From the NCBI GenBank assembly GCA_016840065.1, contig JAEOTB010000077.1, positions 1 through 32,855 of the forward strand: a DNA stretch of 32,855 nt, written 5' to 3'. The notes beneath the pieces were generated by a model. That model did not search any database and was not told the origin of the DNA. It saw only the letters and a program-made list of their open reading frames with translations. The position numbers were made by a program, and so were the translations under genes. This stretch comes from Candidatus Hermodarchaeota archaeon. Its GTDB lineage: Archaea; Asgardarchaeota; Hermodarchaeia; Hermodarchaeales; Hermodarchaeaceae. Shown piece by piece: positions 27,420 to 32,855 of the stretch; position 1 is the first letter of the stretch, and every line of letters begins with the position of its first letter.

Positions 27420-28894
27420 AGATTGCACTAGTAAGTCCTGCTCCAAGTCAAATCGGTAAGCACCTATATGTGTATGAGAGTAGTGGAGGTATGCCACCGC
27501 TTGGCTTGCTTTATGTCGCTGGAAGCTTAGTTGAGAAAGGGCACGATGTCCTAGTAATTGATCAAGCTGCAGAGGGCCTCACGAATAAAACGGTTGCAGA
27601 GCGTGTACTACAAGCAGGAGCTGACTTGGTAGGTGTTTCTGCTTTAACTTCCTCTGCACTTCGTGCTGCAGAAATATCACGTCTTACCAAGAAAGCTAAC
27701 CCGAACATACACACTTTGATGGGAAATGTCCATGCTACTTTCTGTGCAGACCGGATACTAGACAAATACTCCCATGTAGACTTGTGTGTTCGCGGCGAAG
27801 GTGAGGAGACTATCGTTGAAGTCGTTCATGCTCTTGAGATGAATGGATATAGAAAGCTCAAACGAGTGAAAGGCATAACACTTCGAAACCGTGAAGGTCG
27901 CATAGTATCTACTGAAGATCGGCCACTAATCAAGGACCTAGACTCTCTACCGATACCCGACCGTACACTTCTTTCCCAAGATTATCATATCAAAATTGGT
28001 GAGATTGCTCTTCGAAGAGGGAAGTTTACAACGGTTGTCTCAAGCCGTGGCTGCCCCTTTGTATGCACCTTCTGTTGTTGTCATATCCTTTGCAAGCGAC
28101 AGTGGCGTGCTCGCAGTCCTGAGAATATAGCCGATGAGCTAGAGCTTCTCCAGAACCAAGGCTATGATCACTTCCTCTTTGCAGATGATAGTTTTACTGT
28201 GAATCCGCGTAGGGCAGTCAAGCTTGCCCACCTTATGCGTAAACGCCGAATTGAGATGGATTGGATTATCGAAGGTCGAGTTGATGCCGCATCGAGGGAA
28301 ATGTTTCAGGAGATGGTCCGTGCTGGCTGCCGCCTTGCTTTTTTCGGAATGGAGAGTGGTACTCAGCGCATCCTTGATCTTTATAAAAAGAAAACAACGC
28401 CACGCCAAAACCGACTAGCTGCTGCTAACGCTCGGGCTGCAGGTGTAGACATCATTGTTGGATCCTTCATTCTTGGTGGTCCTGGCGAGACTTTTAGAGA
28501 GATGCAAATCACCACTGATTTTGCCAAACACTGCGACATCGACTTCGCCCAGTTCAACATCCTCGGATTATCTCCTGGAGCTCCAATGTGGGATGAGGCG
28601 ATAACAAAGAGCTACCTTGACCCAGAACAATACTGGGAGAGCGGCGTATTAGCTGCGAACGTCTTTCCTGATTCGCCTCCCTTGACAAGAATTCGAGATA
28701 TCGCACGTGATGCTTTCATGGACTTCTCTCTGCGTCCTCGTTATCTAGTGAAAGAACTATTTCTTACACTTAGCAGCCCTTTCCGAATCAAGGCAATACT
28801 CTCTAGTGTTTCGAGTCTCCCACACTGGGTCAATCTTAGGCGTCTCTACAAATTCGTTGTACCCCCCACAGATGAAGGTAATGATGCTTCATGA
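27416..28894 (+). CDS. B12-binding domain (class B-type) radical SAM protein
   Basis: Motifs [37 protein letters not shown] and GMESG. Overlaps the upstream gene by 4 nt. Confidence 0.9.
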   Translation: MKIALVSPAPSQIGKHLYVYESSGGMPPLGLLYVAGSLVEKGHDVLVIDQAAEGLTNKTVAERVLQAGADLVGVSALTSSALRAAEISRLTKKANPNIHTLMGNVHATFCADRILDKYSHVDLCVRGEGEETIVEVVHALEMNGYRKLKRVKGITLRNREGRIVSTEDRPLIKDLDSLPIPDRTLLSQDYHIKIGEIALRRGKFTTVVSSRGCPFVCTFCCCHILCKRQWRARSPENIADELELLQNQGYDHFLFADDSFTVNPRRAVKLAHLMRKRRIEMDWIIEGRVDAASREMFQEMVRAGCRLAFFGMESGTQRILDLYKKKTTPRQNRLAAANARAAGVDIIVGSFILGGPGETFREMQITTDFAKHCDIDFAQFNILGLSPGAPMWDEAITKSYLDPEQYWESGVLAANVFPDSPPLTRIRDIARDAFMDFSLRPRYLVKELFLTLSSPFRIKAILSSVSSLPHWVNLRRLYKFVVPPTDEGNDAS

Positions 28895-29983
28895 AGTGGA
28901 TGGAGTACGTTTCTTGATCACCTTTGCTGGGACTCCTGCCGCAATAGTCCACGGTGGTACATCTTCTGTAACTACTGCACCCACACCGACAATAGCACCT
29001 TCCCCGATGGTGACCCCTGGCATTATTGTAGAGTTCGCACCCACTCGACTCCAGCGGCACAGCTTGATTGGACCATAATAGAAAGTCATACGGTTTCCCG
29101 TGTCAATTATGCTATGAGTTAGCAATGTGCAGCCAATCCCCACACCCGAGTCATCTTCAAATTCAACGAGATCAGGTAACATAGGGTCTAGCCGGCTCCA
29201 TAAAGCGATGTGGCAATCCTTTCCAATCTTTGCGCCGGTCAGACGGAACAGTGCCCTTCGTGCCCTCGGCCATGCTGTTAAATGTGTTACAAATTCTGTA
29301 AGGAGGGTCAATACTGCACCTTTGAAGAAGCGGGCTGGTGAACGAACAGGAGCAGACTCGTTCTCCCATAAAGCTTGCTCGAACACCAAGGTCGGTGCAA
29401 TCCGTAATACACAATCAGGTTGACACCGGGAAGTATCAATGTGAATGTAGGTCAAACTATCCTTCCGTTCAACGGAGTAGCTTAGTAGACTGTATTGATG
29501 GCGCTCTCGTAATAAATCTCGATACCAGCAACTAAAATCGTAGAACCCTTCCAAGATTAAGATACTAGGCAAGAGCACACCAATAATATAACCAAGTAAC
29601 ATTACTGACTTTATCGTAAGATCGAGTAGGGATGAAAAGAATAGCACAAATGCACCATAAGCTATCAGGAAGAGTAACATTCCTGCCCACAATAACATCG
29701 CGCCTCCGTAGATGACTGTGCCCGCGATACGTCGCCTAGGAGCTATCGAATATCCAATTCCGAAAACAAACCCATCAAGAGCAAAGACCACTCCCCAAAC
29801 CAAGAACACTAATGGCACATACTCAACGAAAAACAGCCACACCCAGAACCACGCTATTTCTAATATCTCGCTTACATAGTAACCTAAGAGAGGTATGAAG
29901 AGAGAAGCGATGACCACACCTGCCGCTATCAGGACCAGCGTTAGACAACATTTCGAGCATCGAGACACTATAATTAACCTCAA
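28889..29983 (-). CDS. Membrane-anchored hexapeptide-repeat (LbH) acyltransferase
   Basis: About 4 N-terminal TM helices. C-terminal [10 protein letters not shown]...LLTH...[43 protein letters not shown]. Confidence 0.85.
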   Translation of the reverse strand: MRLIIVSRCSKCCLTLVLIAAGVVIASLFIPLLGYYVSEILEIAWFWVWLFFVEYVPLVFLVWGVVFALDGFVFGIGYSIAPRRRIAGTVIYGGAMLLWAGMLLFLIAYGAFVLFFSSLLDLTIKSVMLLGYIIGVLLPSILILEGFYDFSCWYRDLLRERHQYSLLSYSVERKDSLTYIHIDTSRCQPDCVLRIAPTLVFEQALWENESAPVRSPARFFKGAVLTLLTEFVTHLTAWPRARRALFRLTGAKIGKDCHIALWSRLDPMLPDLVEFEDDSGVGIGCTLLTHSIIDTGNRMTFYYGPIKLCRWSRVGANSTIMPGVTIGEGAIVGVGAVVTEDVPPWTIAAGVPAKVIKKRTPSTS

Positions 29984-30024
29984 CCTTATTGGATTGGAAT
30001 TCTACGTGCCTCATTCATCCTCCG

Positions 30025-31617
30025 TCATTTGGGAAACCGCCAACCGAGGCTTCGTAGCAGTTTGTATCGCCGCTTGCGAAAGAGTCCGGCACTGAACATG
30101 AATAAACGATGAACTACAGCTTTCATAAATAGGTTGACTAAAGGGTTGGAGACACGACCTAGCCATAGGACGGCGTTTTCAAGGGTCTGCTCGATGCACT
30201 GCTGGAACAACGCCCACTGTTCTGGGGTCATTCGGTCAAAGGTTTGAAAGGTACTCCGCCTAAGACGACCTGCTGGGACGAAAATTACTGGTGTGATAAC
30301 GCAGTTGAAGTGTTTTATCCGATCCACGAGTTCCATGGTCTGCACAACATCTTTACTAGTCTCCCCCGGTAGTCCTATGATTAGTGAGTAGCAGCCAATC
30401 CAGTTATTCTCGTGAAGAACATTGGCTGCCTCTACTACGATCTCTGACCACTCCTCCATTTTGAATGGCTTCATCTTTCCTGGCATATGCTTTGCCAGTA
30501 ACTCGGGACTGCCCGTTTCGATTCCCATCTCGATTGTTGAGTAGCGACTTCCACCTAGCTCCATAATCTCTCCTACTTCTTCAAGGAGTTTCTCATCCTG
30601 TAGAATTGTTGCTGCTGACACAAAGCTAGCTCCGAACTTTGTGCCAGCTATTTCTTTCACTGCCTGCAAGAGTTGAAGAACAGGTTTTCTGACAGGTTTG
30701 AGGCTTGTCGAACCATATCGCAGGAAGTCATCCGATTGGAGTGAGACCTCACGTATTCCAGCCCGTTCGTTTACTCTAATATCTGCAAGTATTTGTTCCA
30801 GCGGGAAAGAGCGGAATTTCAAAAGCCCAGGAACACAGAAGCGGCATCCCCTTCCACAGCCTCGTGTAATTTCTACAATTCCGCAGCGGCTGGGTGTTAC
30901 CATTCTGGGCATCTCCTCTACGGAGACTGGTTTCCCTTGCACTCTTCTAGGTATAGGTTTTCCTTTTTGTGCGAGACGGAATAAATCACCAACGGCACCC
31001 TCTGCTTCTCCCTCTAGTATGCAGTCAATGCCTAGGCGTTCCTGCGTTCCTGTATCAGCAATCTGCCAGACACCAGGCCCACCAACAATAACTTTGAGTT
31101 GCCCCAATCGACGACGTTTCTGAATAATTGAGTTCCGAATTACTTGTAGGAATTCTGCGGACATGGTTGAGTGTCGACAGGGAATATGGAACTGCCTTAA
31201 CGTAAATTCTGTTACTTTAGCTCCATACGCTAGCCCGATTGGATCCAAGACTCCAATCCCTACTACTCTTGTTGCGGACCCTATTACGCGGTCTAGTTGT
31301 TGTGGATTAGCGATTATAACTTCATCCCTCTTGAACCCAGAAGCTAGCAATGCAGCCTCCACTCTGCCAATTCCTAGCTGGGCCATCTTCATTCTTCCGG
31401 CCTTGTCACTAGGAAGTTGAAAGATTCCCATCATCTTCCAGAAAGGTCTCAAATCAACGGGGAACATTGAAGCGTATCCAGAGCCAATGCCAAATCTGTA
31501 GTTTGCCATTAATGCGGTACCCGCTGTCAGTACAATTGGGTAACCAGTGTTGGCAGCCTTAGTCATGGTAAAGCATTCTACTTGCTGTACTTTCTTTAAA
31601 CTCTGATGCTCAATCAA
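30025..31617 (-). CDS. Radical SAM protein, Grs/Gms-like family (paralog 3; likely start at the ATG at 31566)
   Basis: Motifs GYPIVLTAGTALMANY, GRVEAALL, DPIGL, VGGPGVWQ, EITRGCGRGCRFC, QSDDFLRYG, GIETGS and GLPGET. Confidence 0.8.
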   Translation of the reverse strand: MIEHQSLKKVQQVECFTMTKAANTGYPIVLTAGTALMANYRFGIGSGYASMFPVDLRPFWKMMGIFQLPSDKAGRMKMAQLGIGRVEAALLASGFKRDEVIIANPQQLDRVIGSATRVVGIGVLDPIGLAYGAKVTEFTLRQFHIPCRHSTMSAEFLQVIRNSIIQKRRRLGQLKVIVGGPGVWQIADTGTQERLGIDCILEGEAEGAVGDLFRLAQKGKPIPRRVQGKPVSVEEMPRMVTPSRCGIVEITRGCGRGCRFCVPGLLKFRSFPLEQILADIRVNERAGIREVSLQSDDFLRYGSTSLKPVRKPVLQLLQAVKEIAGTKFGASFVSAATILQDEKLLEEVGEIMELGGSRYSTIEMGIETGSPELLAKHMPGKMKPFKMEEWSEIVVEAANVLHENNWIGCYSLIIGLPGETSKDVVQTMELVDRIKHFNCVITPVIFVPAGRLRRSTFQTFDRMTPEQWALFQQCIEQTLENAVLWLGRVSNPLVNLFMKAVVHRLFMFSAGLFRKRRYKLLRSLGWRFPK

Positions 31618-31700
31618 CCAAGAGTTAAATCATATTTTTTACTCGGTTATGTTTTTGTATGGATTCCTTTAATCTAACTGTTGATATCAGGTGACAAACA

Positions 31701-32177
31701 ATGAATACTGGTTTACCACCTCACACAGAGTCATCAGAGAATCAATCATCACCCCAGCGACGATGGACTGCTCTAGGAATGAAAACCCCAGTTCTAGCAG
31801 TAGACGCTGTAATATATATGAAAGATAATTGTGTTGTACTTATTCGACGGGGGAATCCACCCTTCCAAGGTTTTTGGGCTCTACCAGGGGGACTTTGCGA
31901 GCGGGGCGAAACTGTGGAGCAGGCACTTTGTCGAGAAGTTGAGGAGGAGACTGGTTTACTGGTAGAGCCTGTACAACTCCTTGGTGTTTTCTCTGAACCT
32001 GACCGGGACCCTCGAGGACACACGGTATCTATAGCGTTCCTCGCAAGACCTACTGGTGGTCAACTTCGAGCGGGTAGTGATGCTTCTCATGTGAAAACAT
32101 TCAAGCGAGCTCCTCGAAACATGGCATTCGATCATCGACGAATTCTAGCGGCAGCTGAAGAGATAAGAAATAAGTAG
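31701..32177 (+). CDS. NUDIX hydrolase (ADP-ribose pyrophosphatase/MutT-like)
   Basis: Nudix box GGLCERGETVEQALCREVEEETG; also WALPGG, RDPRGH and AFDH. Confidence 0.92.
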   Translation: MNTGLPPHTESSENQSSPQRRWTALGMKTPVLAVDAVIYMKDNCVVLIRRGNPPFQGFWALPGGLCERGETVEQALCREVEEETGLLVEPVQLLGVFSEPDRDPRGHTVSIAFLARPTGGQLRAGSDASHVKTFKRAPRNMAFDHRRILAAAEEIRNK

Positions 32178-32277
32178 TTGTGAAACAGTACTAGACCGCG
32201 AGCCTGTACAATTTAACAAAGTTTAAATTTGTAATTTAATTACATAATTCACAGTGAAAAATGAGTGGATTCATGAA

Positions 32278-32855
32278 ATGTCAGAAAAAGAAGCGATTCT
32301 AATCCGGGTTTCGGACTTTCTAACAAAGTCCGTCAACAGTCTTGGAGAGGCTATTCAGGAAGTCGCAAAACAGGTAGCTGAGTTTCAGAAGAGCCTTAAG
32401 AAAATCCGGAAAGACCTCAAAGAAGCGAGAGTCCTTCCAACAGCTGGTTCCTCGAGCGTTCACCTCCTTTCAGGACCCGAAGGAACAGCTCCAGATTCAA
32501 CAAGCATCTTCGGAATTGTTGAGGGTGAAGCACAGACTACCGCTTCATCAGCTGGATTAGCTGAGTCAATTCTTCTGGGTGAAGAGACCACCGCACCCAC
32601 ACCCGAATCAACCGCTGAAACGCCAACCATAACACCAACTTCAGGACCTCCAACCGCAGGCCCACCCACAGCAGGTCCCCCAACAGCCAGCCCACCCACA
32701 GCAGGTCCCCCAACAGCCAGCCCACCCACAGCAGGTCCCCCAACAGCCAGCCCACCCACAGCAGGACCTCCAACCGCAGGCCCACCCACAGCAGGACCTC
32801 CAACCGCAGGCCCACCCACAGCAGGACCTCCAACCGCAGGCCCACCCACAGCAGG
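32278..32855 (+). CDS. Coiled-coil plus proline-rich repeat protein; runs off the window end
   Basis: Not in the ORF track because it has no stop. Manual translation: MSEKEAILIRVSDFLTKSVNSLGEAIQEVAKQVAEFQKSLKKIRKDLKEARV...TPTSGPPTAGPPTAGPPTASPPT...; open to the last base. Confidence 0.85.
   Translation, partial: MSEKEAILIRVSDFLTKSVNSLGEAIQEVAKQVAEFQKSLKKIRKDLKEARVLPTAGSSSVHLLSGPEGTAPDSTSIFGIVEGEAQTTASSAGLAESILLGEETTAPTPESTAETPTITPTSGPPTAGPPTAGPPTASPPTAGPPTASPPTAGPPTASPPTAGPPTAGPPTAGPPTAGPPTAGPPTAGPPTA
32641..32855 (+). repeat. Coding tandem repeat, 15-bp unit with 30-bp higher-order period
   Basis: 14 complete units plus a partial one (GCAGGACCTCCAACC, GCAGGCCCACCCACA, GCAGGTCCCCCAACA, GCCAGCCCACCCACA; first unit TCAGGACCTCCAACC), encoding AGPPT/ASPPT. 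Confidence 0.95.

Noticed and set aside
20095-31617. Assigning the gene symbols grsA, grsB, gms, gmm or cds
   Set aside because: Family resemblance comes from remembered motifs; orthology cannot be established without a phylogeny.
17502-31617. RiPP cluster driven by radical SAM enzymes
   Set aside because: No SPASM/twitch Cys motifs, precursor peptide, peptidase or exporter seen; intergenic gaps are too short for an evident precursor.
32460-32849. Minus-strand ORFs (GGPAV)n and (VGLRLEVLLW)n from the ORF track
   Set aside because: Antisense shadows of the tandem repeat; the plus-strand frame from 32278 has a natural N-terminus and upstream promoter-like sequence.
32641-32855. Possible CRISPR array
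   Set aside because: Units are contiguous 15-mers without unique spacers, are in frame within a CDS, and no cas genes are present.

Overview
Archaeal chromosomal window, probably from an Asgard archaeon. This is an inference from a multi-TM protein fused to a longin-like domain, GGTGA/GGAGG ribosome-binding sites and TTTA(T/A)A boxes. No rRNA, tRNA, CRISPR array or transposase was recognised. The left half is mixed housekeeping and accessory DNA: tandem bactofilin-like genes with a wHTH regulator, an FkbM methyltransferase, a GATase-like protein, YbjN-like, DUF116, EamA and DUF92 proteins, purine/MTA salvage enzymes and a short-form AlaRS. It also holds a ~280-nt hairpin-rich intergenic candidate ncRNA. 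The main feature is a ~14-kb, 11-gene cluster (17502-31617). It contains five radical SAM genes (three resembling the GDGT-modifying Grs/Gms family, two class-B/B12-binding), an FrhB-like Fe-S flavoprotein, a CDP-alcohol phosphatidyltransferase, two GT2 glycosyltransferases, a CE4 deacetylase and a membrane-fused hexapeptide acyltransferase. This looks like a dedicated pathway for tailoring ether-lipid cores and headgroups. The window ends inside a gene not in the ORF track, encoding a coiled coil followed by (A-G/S-P-P-T)n repeats. All family calls rest on motif recognition, not database searches.
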